DNA of 64,000 nucleotides from Bradymonadia bacterium (GCA_046290225.1 JBKAGE010000051.1:1-64000), one strand, 5' to 3'; numbered from the stretch's first letter, positions 9,068 through 19,303 are shown. Numbers and translations: made by a program. The notes: generated by a model not told the origin, from the sequence alone.

Positions 9068-11116
9068 TCAGTCTCGGTGAGATGCCTTCTGGGTGAACAC
9101 ATAGTCCGACTGAGAGTGCTTCAGCGTCAGCGTGGGCACCCCGTCAACCTGACCGTGATACAGCAGCATCCCCTGCATTACCCCGCTGGTGATGATCACT
9201 GTGTCAGCTCGGTCTTCGGGGCTGTACACCGCCAATGTGCCGGACCATTCCCCAGCGTCCATCATCACCGCGTCTTTCACCCGGCTTACCTTCAGCGGGC
9301 CCAGGCGAGGGCTGTGGTACGTGCCCAGAAGAGCATCGGGGAACGGCGCCTTCGACACCTTCGACGACTGCTCATTGAGCAGGCGTTGGGTTTGGAACAG
9401 CTCCTGCGTCAGCTTGCCTTCGATCTCCTCGGGCTGATCGAAGAGCAGCTCCAGCAAGCGAGTCTTCACCGCGCCGTGCAGCATCGCCGGTGAGCGGTTC
9501 GCCACCACGAAGAAGCCCACGCCCAGATCGGGGAAGAATAGCAGGTCGGAGTTGAAGCCCATCGTGGCGCCGCCGTGGCCCACGACCCTCAGGCCCTTGT
9601 AGGTGCCTTCGATCCAGCCCATGCCATAGCCCGCGGTGTCGTGGACCTTCACCTGGCTGGTCTGGGTGCGCCGCAAGTTCGCCTCGGAGACCACGCGCTT
9701 GCCCGAAGGGGCCACGCCCCTGGCGAGCTGTAGCTGAAGGTACTTCACCATGTCGTCTGCAGTGGACCACAGCGCTCCTGCAGGGGCGTACGGATCGACG
9801 AAGGTCTCCATCGACATCGGGAGCACGTCGGATCGCCCGCTCCAGTCCATCCGGTGGGGCATGGCGTGGGCCTTGGACCCCAGGCCCTCTTGATCGATGA
9901 CCGTGTCACCCATACCCAGAGGATCGAGCACCCGCGTACGCAGGGCCCTGGCATAGGCCGCTCCTGGATCCTTCATCTCGGGGAACGTCACCTGACCGGC
10001 GATGTAGCCGCCGGCGGCGGTGAGCTGGTTGTTGTACTGAAAGGTCTCCCCGAGATCGGTGGTCAGCTTGAGCTGGGCCACCTCGCCGAAGATGTCGGCT
10101 GGCTGCTTGTCCCCGAACTGAAACAGCATCTCCATGTCTTGCCGAGGTGCCCCCACGCAGGCGCAGAAGAGGTGCTGGATCTGCAGCGCCGCCCCCCGAG
10201 CGTCGGCGAGGGTGAAGTCTGACTTGGCCTCGGTCACGGGCATCTCCCAGCGGAGCTTGCCCTCGTCCACCAGCGTGGCCAGCAACAATGTGGAGAACGA
10301 CTTGGTGATTGAGCCGATCATGAAGCGCGTCTTCGGGGTAACGGCCTCGCCACCCTCCACCGTAGTGCCAAAGCCCCGCGTGAAGACCCCCTCGGGGGTG
10401 ATCACCGCCACCGAGACGCCCTGTACGCCGGTCATCTGTCGCGCGGTGTCGACGTACTTGAAGAACTTCGCCTGTTTCTCTTCGGTGAAGGGCTTCAGAT
10501 CGGCTGCAGTGAGCTTCACCTCGGTGATGCCCTCGATCTTCATGCTGGTCAGAATCTGCAGCAGCTCAGCCTGACGCTTCTGCACCGTCTTGATGTCACC
10601 CTCGATGACCACCACGTAGGCCGTCTCGGGCCGCTCTTTGTGGCGCATGGCGATGCCCTGAGACACATAGGTGCTGGCGTCGTCGGTCCAGGTCACCACG
10701 AGTTGCTCGGAGAACTGGTTGTTGCTGCCGCCGTCCACCCGCTGACGCTCTTTCAGCTCAGGCACCACTGGGGTCTTGGCACGCTGGGTCGTCACCGTGG
10801 CTCTGCTGGTGTCGATGAGCCCGCTCAGCGCCTCGGCGCCCTCGGCGGCTTTGCCCTCGAAGATGTGCAGGTGCACGGTGCCCTCGGGGCTGGTGAAGGT
10901 CTCGAGCCCCCCTTGGGTGAGGGCCCCCTTCACCACGCGCTGCCAGCGATCTGGGGTCTTGAGGGTGTAGCTGGGCTTTGGGGGGGCGAGCTTCGCCTCG
11001 GCCACCTGTGGCCCCTCGTCGGCTCCGCTGGCGACCTTTGGAGTCTGGGCAGGCTGCCCGCCACACGCAGCGAGGGGCAGCGCGAGGGCTGCGATGAGGT
11101 GTTTACGGATCGGCAT
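9068..11116 (-). CDS. Serine hydrolase, beta-lactamase/AmpC-like family lipoprotein with N-terminal extension
   Basis: Lipobox LAAC; SxxK (GSITK), YxN (FQYNN), PAGALWST, GHGG. Confidence 0.85.
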   Translation of the reverse strand: MPIRKHLIAALALPLAACGGQPAQTPKVASGADEGPQVAEAKLAPPKPSYTLKTPDRWQRVVKGALTQGGLETFTSPEGTVHLHIFEGKAAEGAEALSGLIDTSRATVTTQRAKTPVVPELKERQRVDGGSNNQFSEQLVVTWTDDASTYVSQGIAMRHKERPETAYVVVIEGDIKTVQKRQAELLQILTSMKIEGITEVKLTAADLKPFTEEKQAKFFKYVDTARQMTGVQGVSVAVITPEGVFTRGFGTTVEGGEAVTPKTRFMIGSITKSFSTLLLATLVDEGKLRWEMPVTEAKSDFTLADARGAALQIQHLFCACVGAPRQDMEMLFQFGDKQPADIFGEVAQLKLTTDLGETFQYNNQLTAAGGYIAGQVTFPEMKDPGAAYARALRTRVLDPLGMGDTVIDQEGLGSKAHAMPHRMDWSGRSDVLPMSMETFVDPYAPAGALWSTADDMVKYLQLQLARGVAPSGKRVVSEANLRRTQTSQVKVHDTAGYGMGWIEGTYKGLRVVGHGGATMGFNSDLLFFPDLGVGFFVVANRSPAMLHGAVKTRLLELLFDQPEEIEGKLTQELFQTQRLLNEQSSKVSKAPFPDALLGTYHSPRLGPLKVSRVKDAVMMDAGEWSGTLAVYSPEDRADTVIITSGVMQGMLLYHGQVDGVPTLTLKHSQSDYVFTQKASHRD

Positions 11117-11215
11117 CGAAGGACTCCGGGTTGTGCTGACACCCTGCTTTACCGCGAAGGGCGAAGAATATTCTCGGGCAATGAACAGAGCCCTGTCGTC
11201 GAGCGCACAATACGT

Positions 11216-13306
11216 TCAAAAATCGCAGTTTTTGTGTTCGTGGGTGTGCGAGCGATTGATTGAGACGTCGCCAAGGACCCAGCTCGTTTCGGCCTCGAAG
11301 GTGCCAGCGCAGATCTGCTCGAGGTCATCTTCGTCAACGCCCTTCGGTGCATCGTCTGTGTCTTCAGGGGGCGCCATGGTGGAGGTCGTGGAGAGCGTGT
11401 TGGAGAAGGTGTAGACGAGGGCGTCGTCGCCGAGGAGATACGTCCACTCAGCCTCTGTAGAGGCTTCTTCTTCTGAGCTGAGCGAGTCGCCCGAAGAAGA
11501 CTTGGAGGCCGAAGAGAGCTCGAGCGGTGTGTGCCCCTCAGATCTCAGAATCGCCATGGTCTTCGAGCTGCCCTCGGCGCTGCCGTTGTACGGATCGCCC
11601 GTCGATGTGTGAACCGCCTCGACGAGTACGCTGCCCTCGGCAAGAGGTGTCAACGTAATAGACATCTCTTCACCACCACAGCCGTTGTCGTGCTGATCGT
11701 GGGCTGTGGGCGCATCCCAAATCATCGCCTGACCGTCGTCTGCCTCGCCACCCTTGGGCTGCCAGGTGATCCCGTCGAGGCCATAGGCGATCTCGAGGCC
11801 GCTCATCTCCATGGTCCTGGGCGCCGTGGCGTGGTGGAACTCCAGCTCGTACGTTTCGGCATCTTCCATCTGGTCTTCTGCACAGTGACGACGCTCGATG
11901 TCGTCCACATGCGCGGCCGACGCCAATGTGCCGACAGCCGGACGACCCGACAACACAACTGACTTCACACAGGCTGCAGATGTGTCCCACCAATAGAGCG
12001 TGGGTGTGGCTGTCGCTTCTAAGGCTGATGGCAGATGAATCGCTGTGGGCATGTGCCGATGAGGCCAGCTCATCAGGTCGCCTTCAGGCAGCTCAAGACG
12101 GCCGCGGAGACACTTTGCCTGTGGGCCGTATCGTTGGATGGCTGCTGCGCGCCAGGTGGGCAGCTTCGAGGGGATGAGCTGCTTCACCCTGGCGTGGGGA
12201 TGGTCGAAATGAAACCGCTCGAGCTGATCGAGGAAGGCCACGAGGGCGAGGGGTGTCTTCTTGGCAGGGGGTACAACCGAGAGCTGATTCAAGCGGCGCC
12301 TTACAGCAGGGTGTGTGCGCCTCTGGAGGCTGGCGTGATACAGGATGGTCGCCTGGGCGCGGCTGATCTGATCCTCTGCGACGCGCGCGAGATTGTAGAG
12401 GCAGGCTGCGCTGGTGAGCCGGGATCCTGAGAGGGACAGGCATTGACTGGCAGCGCCCCAAGCCTGCTCTGGCTGCTGAGCGACGTGATGAAAGATGATC
12501 AGCTCACCATACGGCCCAGCGTGTCGAGGCCCGGGTAACTTGCTGGCCTCGAAGGCTTCGGACAACCTCTGGCTTTCCTGTTTGGCGTCGCCTGTTTTCC
12601 TCGCCGTTCGAGCGGCGCTGAGCGCGCTCTTGATCGATGGCTCAAGCGCCTTCGTGGCGAGCCGGCCATGAGGGAATTGATCGAAGATGCTGGCTTCGTG
12701 GTTGCACGCGTCAGAGTTCGCCCGCTCTTTATCTGTGAAAATCGGCCCGGTGTCGTCGACGTGCCATGTGCGATCGAGCACGTGTGCTGTCTCACATGAG
12801 TGTGCGTCAGCAGGGCGCTCGCGACTTTCGATGAGGGAGACTCGAACCTGGAGTTGCCCCACGCCATAGCGCCTGTGCACCTGACGCTCGGTGACATATG
12901 GCTCGTCGATCTCAGTGGCGGTACGGGCGCCCTCGGCAGCGGGCAGCTCGAAAGAGAGCATGCACTGACGATGCGGATCCCACCCCCAGAGCCGGGGTGC
13001 TGAGATGTCTTGTGGAGAGAAGGGCAGGGCCAGCCCGATGGGCGCCTTCGCGCTCATGAGCCAATGGAGATCGTCGCCGCCTGATGTGCCGCACGCGCCC
13101 TTCTCCAGCAGAGGTGTCGCGGCCTTGAGCCAGGCTGCGTCGAGGGCAGGGTGTATCAGGAAGCGCCCAGGCAGAGACATCCACTCGCCTTGTTCGAGCG
13201 CTTGCCGGAGCTTCGGCAGGTTCTCGGGGAGCGGGGGAGTCGCTTGAGCGAACGGTGCGAGCCCAACTGCTGCATAGAGCGGGAGCAGGATCTTGAGAGC
13301 CTTCAT
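11216..13306 (-). CDS. Secreted hypothetical protein with central TPR-like helical domain and an internally repeated module
   Basis: Signal peptide MKALKILL..AQA; TPR-like ACLYNLARVAEDQ..YHASL; module with W.WD...C..S occurs twice. Confidence 0.65.
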   Translation of the reverse strand: MKALKILLPLYAAVGLAPFAQATPPLPENLPKLRQALEQGEWMSLPGRFLIHPALDAAWLKAATPLLEKGACGTSGGDDLHWLMSAKAPIGLALPFSPQDISAPRLWGWDPHRQCMLSFELPAAEGARTATEIDEPYVTERQVHRRYGVGQLQVRVSLIESRERPADAHSCETAHVLDRTWHVDDTGPIFTDKERANSDACNHEASIFDQFPHGRLATKALEPSIKSALSAARTARKTGDAKQESQRLSEAFEASKLPGPRHAGPYGELIIFHHVAQQPEQAWGAASQCLSLSGSRLTSAACLYNLARVAEDQISRAQATILYHASLQRRTHPAVRRRLNQLSVVPPAKKTPLALVAFLDQLERFHFDHPHARVKQLIPSKLPTWRAAAIQRYGPQAKCLRGRLELPEGDLMSWPHRHMPTAIHLPSALEATATPTLYWWDTSAACVKSVVLSGRPAVGTLASAAHVDDIERRHCAEDQMEDAETYELEFHHATAPRTMEMSGLEIAYGLDGITWQPKGGEADDGQAMIWDAPTAHDQHDNGCGGEEMSITLTPLAEGSVLVEAVHTSTGDPYNGSAEGSSKTMAILRSEGHTPLELSSASKSSSGDSLSSEEEASTEAEWTYLLGDDALVYTFSNTLSTTSTMAPPEDTDDAPKGVDEDDLEQICAGTFEAETSWVLGDVSINRSHTHEHKNCDF

Positions 13307-13360
13307 CGTGACACCCCAGAGCATGGTTCATTGGGTCTATACAGGCTCAGAGGTGGGTTC

Positions 13361-14815
13361 TCACGGAGAAGATGTCCGGGTGAGTGAGGCGAGCCTCCGA
13401 GTCACCGTCTTGTTGGGGCGACGGGCCAGGCTGGCGTGGTACATCAACGCGGCGACGAGCGGGCGTTTCTGATCTTCGGCCACCCGGCCGAGGTTGTAGA
13501 GGCAGGCTCCCGTGGTGCGCTGCCGAGCTGACAAACGCAGGCACTCTGCCCCTGCCGAGATCGCCGCCTCGAGCGCGCCAGCTGCGTGGTTGAAGACCGT
13601 CAGCTCGCCGTATGCCCCTGCGCGACCTGAATCAGGGGATTCCACACGGGTCAACGCGATGACCAGAGACGTCGCCGCCGCCTTGGGGTCTTTCTTTGCC
13701 TGAGCACGGGCGGCTCGTAGAGCGGCCTTCAGCTTGGGTGAGGGGGTCGACTCGCCGGGGACCGCTTTGAGCCGATCAAGGCCCATGAAGGTCACGTCAC
13801 ATTCTGCGTGCCTGGCGCCCAGCCACTCTGTGACCAGCGTGGGGCCACCGCCGAGGTGCCATCGGCGCAGCGCCTGGGAGTCGTGTGCGCACGAGACCTC
13901 GTAATCCTCGTCGAGGCCATCCTCGTCGGCGGCCTCTGCGCCATCTGCCTCGATCGTCTCGTGACTCTGCTCGTACTGGCCGATGGTGCTTTCCTCGACA
14001 ACGAAGCCCAGGGTGAGATCGCCCAGAGCCTTCGCCGTGGTGACGTCGTGATGTGCATGGCCGCTGCCCATGGTGAAGCGCTCGTAGCTCTGTTCGCTCT
14101 GGCCTCGCAGCAGCCTGGGGCTCGGGGTGAGCTGCCAGACCATCTCCTGCCGCACTGTCTCTCCGCCGCCATACTGTGTGTATTCGGAGTCGGTGGTGTG
14201 GGTGAGCCAGAGGTGCTGTTGCGCATCACGGCTGAGCTGAAGGCCCACGTCCCAGGAGACGATATCGTGCAGCTCGGTCACGCCCATCCCTTCGAGGGCT
14301 GCGTGCCGCAGTTTCATGGGCTGCTTGCCTGCGCCGCGGACTTCGACGCTCGCCGGGCTCCACTTCACCGCCAGTTTGCCCGCCGTAGTGGACCATGTTG
14401 GCTCTGAGTTGCCCTCCGAGGCGTGTGTACGATCGAAGAGTGGCTTCGATTCGGGCTGAGCGGTGAGCTGAAGGGGAGCGGATTGCACACATCGTTTCTT
14501 CGGATGCCATCGCCAGAGATGGGCCTTTGCCGGTGTCGACAAGCCGCGAGAGAGCGCGAGCCCCATGGGGTGGTGCGGGCTGAGGACCCAGTGCACATCT
14601 GCGGGCGGCGGATTGCAGGGGGCTTTGCGCAGCAACCGCTCGCTGTATTTCGCCCAGCGATCGTCCAACGCTGGCGAGAGGTAGATGTGTCCTGGCCCCT
14701 TGAATGACAGCTGCGTCAGCATGCGCTCGATGTGCTCTGCAGGGGCATGGGTTTGACCGTGGGCTGCACCAGTGAGCAACAACAGGGCGATGACGTGTCG
14801 CAAAGATCCGTGCAT
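13361..14815 (-). CDS. Secreted hypothetical protein, paralog of 11216-13306, with C-terminal TPR-like domain
   Basis: Signal peptide; shared SPALDDRW/HPALDAAW, HWVLS..PMGLAL, AGAYGEL, ACLYNLGRVAEDQ. Confidence 0.65.
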   Translation of the reverse strand: MHGSLRHVIALLLLTGAAHGQTHAPAEHIERMLTQLSFKGPGHIYLSPALDDRWAKYSERLLRKAPCNPPPADVHWVLSPHHPMGLALSRGLSTPAKAHLWRWHPKKRCVQSAPLQLTAQPESKPLFDRTHASEGNSEPTWSTTAGKLAVKWSPASVEVRGAGKQPMKLRHAALEGMGVTELHDIVSWDVGLQLSRDAQQHLWLTHTTDSEYTQYGGGETVRQEMVWQLTPSPRLLRGQSEQSYERFTMGSGHAHHDVTTAKALGDLTLGFVVEESTIGQYEQSHETIEADGAEAADEDGLDEDYEVSCAHDSQALRRWHLGGGPTLVTEWLGARHAECDVTFMGLDRLKAVPGESTPSPKLKAALRAARAQAKKDPKAAATSLVIALTRVESPDSGRAGAYGELTVFNHAAGALEAAISAGAECLRLSARQRTTGACLYNLGRVAEDQKRPLVAALMYHASLARRPNKTVTRRLASLTRTSSP

Positions 14816-14910
14816 GTTCAGAGCGCCTCCAAGCGGGCCTTTACGGTGGCGTTGGGCCGTCTGAGCAGGCTGCCGTGATAGAGCAGCGCCGCCTTCTCAC
14901 AGATGCCTGA

Positions 14911-16317
14911 TCAATTCACGCCCTTGATGTTGGCCACGGGATACAACCGTCGGGAGACCTCGGCTATGCCTTCGTCTACCAGCACCTGCAGAACCGCGTC
15001 GAGATCCTTGTAGACGTGACCACACTCGTCGAGGGGGGTGCGATCGGTGTTGCCCACGATGCCAGTGATACGCACCCCGCCGAGCGTGCGGGTCAGCGTG
15101 CGCATCTCGTGGTCGATCTCGTCGTGGCGGTGTTTCAGCTCCTTCTTTGCGGCGCTTCGGCTCAGATGGCGCCCGGAGCCGTGATTCACCGAGTTGCCCG
15201 AGCGGGTGGCCCCGTGCTTCGGGAACAAGATCGCCGCCCCGGCGAGCATCGAGCCCGGAATCAAGATCGGGTGGCCCGTCTTCTCCCATTTGGTCTTCTT
15301 CAGCGCCGGGTGCCCCGCGGGGAAGGCCCGGGTGGCGCCCTTGCGGTGTACGAAGCCCTGGGTGGTGCCGCCGCCGGGCAGCAACAGGGTCTCTTCTTGT
15401 ACGAGGTTGTGGCTGATCTCGTAATACACCTCGAGATCAGCGCCGAGGGCTTCTCGGGTGGCCTCGCGGACCCGCTGCACGATGGTGTGGCGGTTGGCGA
15501 TGGCGTAGTTGGCGGCGCTGTTGTGATACGCCCAGTATCGTTGACCCATGGGCTCGTCGATGTAGAGCCACGACTCTTCTCGACGGTGTGCCGGCAACCC
15601 CCGAAGGCGGGCCCCCTCGTAGAAGAAGTGGTTGGCAGTCTGCCAGCCGTACCCACGTGATCCGCAGTGCACCATCACCCAGACCGAGCCGTCGGCCTCG
15701 TCGATCTGCAGCTCGATGAAGTGGTTGCCCCCGCCCACCGAGCCCAGCTGAGGCCGGGCTTTCTGATAGGCCTTGGGGATCCGGTGCAGATCCATGTGCT
15801 CGGGCACTTCGATGTAGTGCCGCTCGCACAACGACGAGGACACACCCAGAGCCCGAGCGCCATAGCGCAAGATGTCGTTCACCTTGCGCTTGCTCGCCCC
15901 CCGGGCCAGCGGAGGCCGGTGGTTGCCGACCCCGGTGGCCACGCGCTGCTCGACGGCGTCGACCCAACGGGACCGCGTGCTCCACTCGACGAGGTCGCTG
16001 GCGTGCAGGGTGGGGGCCCGCATGTAGACCACACCACAGGAGATGTCGTAGCCACTCCCTGCCTGGACCAGGGTGCCGTCGGTGACCAGCACCCCACCCA
16101 CGGGGATGCCGTAGCCGATATGGCAGTCGGGCATGAGGTACAGCCCCTTGGCCCCAGGGTAGCTCGCCGCCTGGGCGGCCTGCTGCCACAGACCCTCGTC
16201 GGTGCGATCGAAGAGATCGTCGCTGAGGAAGGCGTGTACGTCACAGCACATATTGCCCCGCTTCGGGAGCACGTGATGCTGATCGCTCACGCGATCGGTC
16301 GAATATTTGAGAGACAT
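14911..16317 (-). CDS. rtcB: RtcB-family RNA ligase
   Basis: MPDCHIGYGIPVGG, GYDISCG, LGSVGGGNHF, VHCGSRG, ISHN, HRKGATRA, PGSM, NHGSGR, YKD. Confidence 0.95.
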   Translation of the reverse strand: MSLKYSTDRVSDQHHVLPKRGNMCCDVHAFLSDDLFDRTDEGLWQQAAQAASYPGAKGLYLMPDCHIGYGIPVGGVLVTDGTLVQAGSGYDISCGVVYMRAPTLHASDLVEWSTRSRWVDAVEQRVATGVGNHRPPLARGASKRKVNDILRYGARALGVSSSLCERHYIEVPEHMDLHRIPKAYQKARPQLGSVGGGNHFIELQIDEADGSVWVMVHCGSRGYGWQTANHFFYEGARLRGLPAHRREESWLYIDEPMGQRYWAYHNSAANYAIANRHTIVQRVREATREALGADLEVYYEISHNLVQEETLLLPGGGTTQGFVHRKGATRAFPAGHPALKKTKWEKTGHPILIPGSMLAGAAILFPKHGATRSGNSVNHGSGRHLSRSAAKKELKHRHDEIDHEMRTLTRTLGGVRITGIVGNTDRTPLDECGHVYKDLDAVLQVLVDEGIAEVSRRLYPVANIKGVN

Positions 16318-16338
16318 GGTGGCCTACCCCCCTGAGCA

Positions 16339-16499
16339 AGAGGTCCTAACAAAACAGCGGACCGAGTCAGGGACGTGAGGCGCGAGTGAGGCAGTTGAAA
16401 GAACCGCAGGCGATGCCAGAGCATCGTCGAGGACGGTTTCGGCTGCCTCGCGAAGTGCATCGCGTTCCTGGCGACGGGAGCGGTTATGTTAGGACCTCT
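16339..16499. mobile_element. MITE-like non-autonomous element, 13-bp terminal inverted repeats, rod-like fold
   Basis: AGAGGTCCTAACA (16339-16351) / TGTTAGGACCTCT (16487-16499); nested internal inverted repeats around a CGATGC-CAGA-GCATCG loop; no ORF. Confidence 0.7.
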
Positions 16500-16858
16500 A
16501 AGTCCGTATGCGTAATGCTGATGCGTGTTCGGGATCCAACATCACGACACGGTGAACGCTCTGACCACGTGTTCGGGCCGAGTGGGTCGTTGTTGAGATG
16601 CCGAAGGGTGACCGCGCCGGGTTGCCCCTCGAATCAGAGGGGGAGCAGCTGCGGTGAATGCTGAGGCGGGAGTGTAGCGGCGGTCGAGTCGAGATGCCAA
16701 CGAAGCCCACCTCATGGTGGAGGGCGTAGCAGGTTCGACGACCATCATGTCCGGTGCGGTTTCACATCATCGAAAAGATTCTGTCGACCACGCTGTAAGG
16801 CCCCAGTGACGCGCCATTGAAGAGCGCAAAGTACGTTCAGTCACGAAAGGCCCAGTAC

Positions 16859-17551
16859 ATGAAGCATACGCAATTGCTCCGCACTCTGATCGCATCACTC
16901 ACCATGACCTGTGCGGTGACTGCATGTGGAGACAGCTCGAACGACTCCAGTGAGGTGGAGGGTCAAGGGGGCGCTGCTGCATCTGATGGCGCCGGCGGAG
17001 CCGTCGGTGGCCTCGCCGGCAGCTCTGACGAGGATGGGGGTGGTGAAGCGGCGAGTCTCGAAGGTCTATATCGAGTGACGTCGCACACGGTGGCGGAAGG
17101 TGACTGTGAGGCACCTCAGCCTGTCACTGAATACTCCTCGCTCCTCTATGCCGTGAAGGGGCCGTTCCTCTTCGCGTCGAGCAGGACGATACCGGGTGAG
17201 TCGTTCAAGGAGGTGGAGTCGTGCGCATCGGCTGAGTCGTGCCCGCTGCCGGACGAAGCAGGGCTGCCCCCCGCGGTGGTGCGTTTCTTCGATCCGCAAG
17301 GGGAGGCGTGGGTGACCGAGTCCGTTGGCACGTTCTCTGAAAACTATGGAGAAGCGTGCTCCATATTGATGGTCACGTCGGTTTTGACGCCGACGGAGTC
17401 CGGGCTTCGCCTGACCAAGCGGGTCCTGTCGGCCGAGCTTGATCAGGTGAGCGAGGCCGAGTGTGAAGCCCTCGCTGAAGATCCGCCTTTCGAGATGCTC
17501 GAGTGTGACTACGACGAGGAGGTCATTGCCGAGCGCTTCGTCGCGGAGTGA
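16859..17551 (+). CDS. Hypothetical lipoprotein
   Basis: Start MKHTQ (16859); lipobox VTACG; Gly-rich linker followed by a Cys-containing beta-rich domain. Confidence 0.7.
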   Translation: MKHTQLLRTLIASLTMTCAVTACGDSSNDSSEVEGQGGAAASDGAGGAVGGLAGSSDEDGGGEAASLEGLYRVTSHTVAEGDCEAPQPVTEYSSLLYAVKGPFLFASSRTIPGESFKEVESCASAESCPLPDEAGLPPAVVRFFDPQGEAWVTESVGTFSENYGEACSILMVTSVLTPTESGLRLTKRVLSAELDQVSEAECEALAEDPPFEMLECDYDEEVIAERFVAE

Positions 17552-17668
17552 GTGCGGCCAGGGCACGATGAGTCGGTCACATCGCGTTCAAGCCTGGTTT
17601 GATGTTCAGGCCTGTAAGAACCATGCCGCCCATGGGTCAGGCAGATCGTACATCGACGAGGAGACACG

Positions 17669-18367
17669 ATGAAGCTCAGCCTGATCATACTCATCTCTCT
17701 CATCTACTCGGGGTGCCTGACTGCCTGTGAGAGCGACCCCGACGTCATGCCTGCTGACGAGGCAGCCGACGCCAGCCCTATGGGCGGTACACCCGCCACA
17801 GGTGGAGCAGGTGACGCCACCGAAGGGCCGCCAGACGGTGACGTGCTCACCGAGCCGGGATCTCGCCTCTCGGCGCCCGAAGTGCATCGCCCCGAAGCGG
17901 CCGCGTGTGATCGAGAGCGCCCTGAAGATCCCTTCGACGCTTCTGGGCTCGAGGGCGACCAGCCTGGAGTCATGTGCCTGAGCCATGCAGACTGTGATGC
18001 AGGGGTGAATGGTCGCTGCGTGCACACGCGCTTCGGCACTGAGTGTACCTATGATGATTGCTTCACCGACAGTGATTGCGCCGACGACGAGGTGTGTACG
18101 TGCGGCGGTACACCTGGGCTACCCCACGGCAACAACGTCTGCCTACAAGCATGGTGCAGGCTCGACTCCGACTGCGGAGCGGGCCGCTACTGCTCACCGA
18201 ACGTATACGGATGTGAGCTGGTGGGCTGGGTGTGTCATACCCCCCAGGACACATGCTCTACTCAGAACGACTGCGAAGACACGGAGAGCCCGGAGGGTTC
18301 ATTCTGTGGCTACTCAAACGGCGACTCGCGGTGGATGTGCATCAGCGCGTCCACCTGTGCCGGGTGA
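17669..18367 (+). CDS. Cys-rich lipoprotein (CxxDxDC repeats)
   Basis: Lipobox-like signal; CLSHADC, CFTDSDC, CRLDSDC, CSTQNDC repeats. Confidence 0.75.
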   Translation: MKLSLIILISLIYSGCLTACESDPDVMPADEAADASPMGGTPATGGAGDATEGPPDGDVLTEPGSRLSAPEVHRPEAAACDRERPEDPFDASGLEGDQPGVMCLSHADCDAGVNGRCVHTRFGTECTYDDCFTDSDCADDEVCTCGGTPGLPHGNNVCLQAWCRLDSDCGAGRYCSPNVYGCELVGWVCHTPQDTCSTQNDCEDTESPEGSFCGYSNGDSRWMCISASTCAG

Positions 18368-18377
18368 GCGAGCGGGG

Positions 18378-19211
18378 CTACCGCCCGTTGCAGTTGATGA
18401 TGAGCCTGAAGCTCGAGCACGCGGTGCTGATGTCCGCGGCGGCTTGATAGGGTCGCGGCGTACCGCAGTGCTCGAAGCGATCATCCCACGCGTCGCCCGT
18501 GGGCAGATCGAGGAACCCGCCGCCGTACGACAACCAGACATCGACGGGATAGTCCACGCTGTGGTTGTTGTAGGTGAGACTCAGGCGCTGGCCACGGGGC
18601 ACATCGAAGCTCTCCGGCACCACGCGCATGTTGCAGAAGTTGTCGACGAAGATGTCCACCTGACCTTCGGCGACACTGGGCACACAAACGCCTACATCAG
18701 TGAGGATGAAGTCTTCGACACACGTGCCTTGTGGTACGCAGCGGCCGTCTCCGCCATCGTGAGTGCCGAGGCAGTCGGCGGTGACGCCGTCATCACACAT
18801 TTCATCGCCTTCGACGACGCCGTCACCACACTCGACCAACGGCTCGGCATCAGGCACCTCGGCGTCGGGCTGCTCTGCGTCAGGCGAGTCTGCATCGGGG
18901 GCGTCGGCGTCAGGCAGGTCCATGTCGGCTGAGAGCGTGGCGTCGGTGGCTACATCCGAGTCAGCCATCAGATCGGGCAACTCGGCGTCAGCTGAGCGTG
19001 CATCAGCGCTCGGGGTGTCGGCATCGACCACCACACCACCATCAGCATCACCTCCGCCTTGGCCTGGTGTCTGTGCATCCATCTCTGTGGGGATGCCTCC
19101 CGTGGACATGTCGATGGGCGACACTGCCCTCCGGCCGACGTTGTCCTCACAGGCCACACAGAGCAGGGCGCACATCGAGCATCGAATCAGGGGCCATCGA
19201 ATCTCGTACAT
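18378..19211 (-). CDS. Lipoprotein with PDA linker, myxobacterial Cys-rich repeat and cupredoxin-like C-terminus
   Basis: CVAC lipobox; PDADAPDADSPDAEQPDAEVPDAE; CGDGVVEGDEMCDDG. Confidence 0.7.
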   Translation of the reverse strand: MYEIRWPLIRCSMCALLCVACEDNVGRRAVSPIDMSTGGIPTEMDAQTPGQGGGDADGGVVVDADTPSADARSADAELPDLMADSDVATDATLSADMDLPDADAPDADSPDAEQPDAEVPDAEPLVECGDGVVEGDEMCDDGVTADCLGTHDGGDGRCVPQGTCVEDFILTDVGVCVPSVAEGQVDIFVDNFCNMRVVPESFDVPRGQRLSLTYNNHSVDYPVDVWLSYGGGFLDLPTGDAWDDRFEHCGTPRPYQAAADISTACSSFRLIINCNGR

Positions 19212-19303
19212 GGGCTGGCCTTGGCAGAAATGAGTGATAGTTTTCGGCGAGCATCGTACACATCATCGACGCGCAGGCATCCCCCTTACACAGGAGCACC
19301 GCC

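Noticed and set aside
16500..16800. Intact tRNA gene upstream of rtcB
   Set aside because: Only isolated D-loop-like and GGTTCGA-like fragments on opposite strands; no cloverleaf
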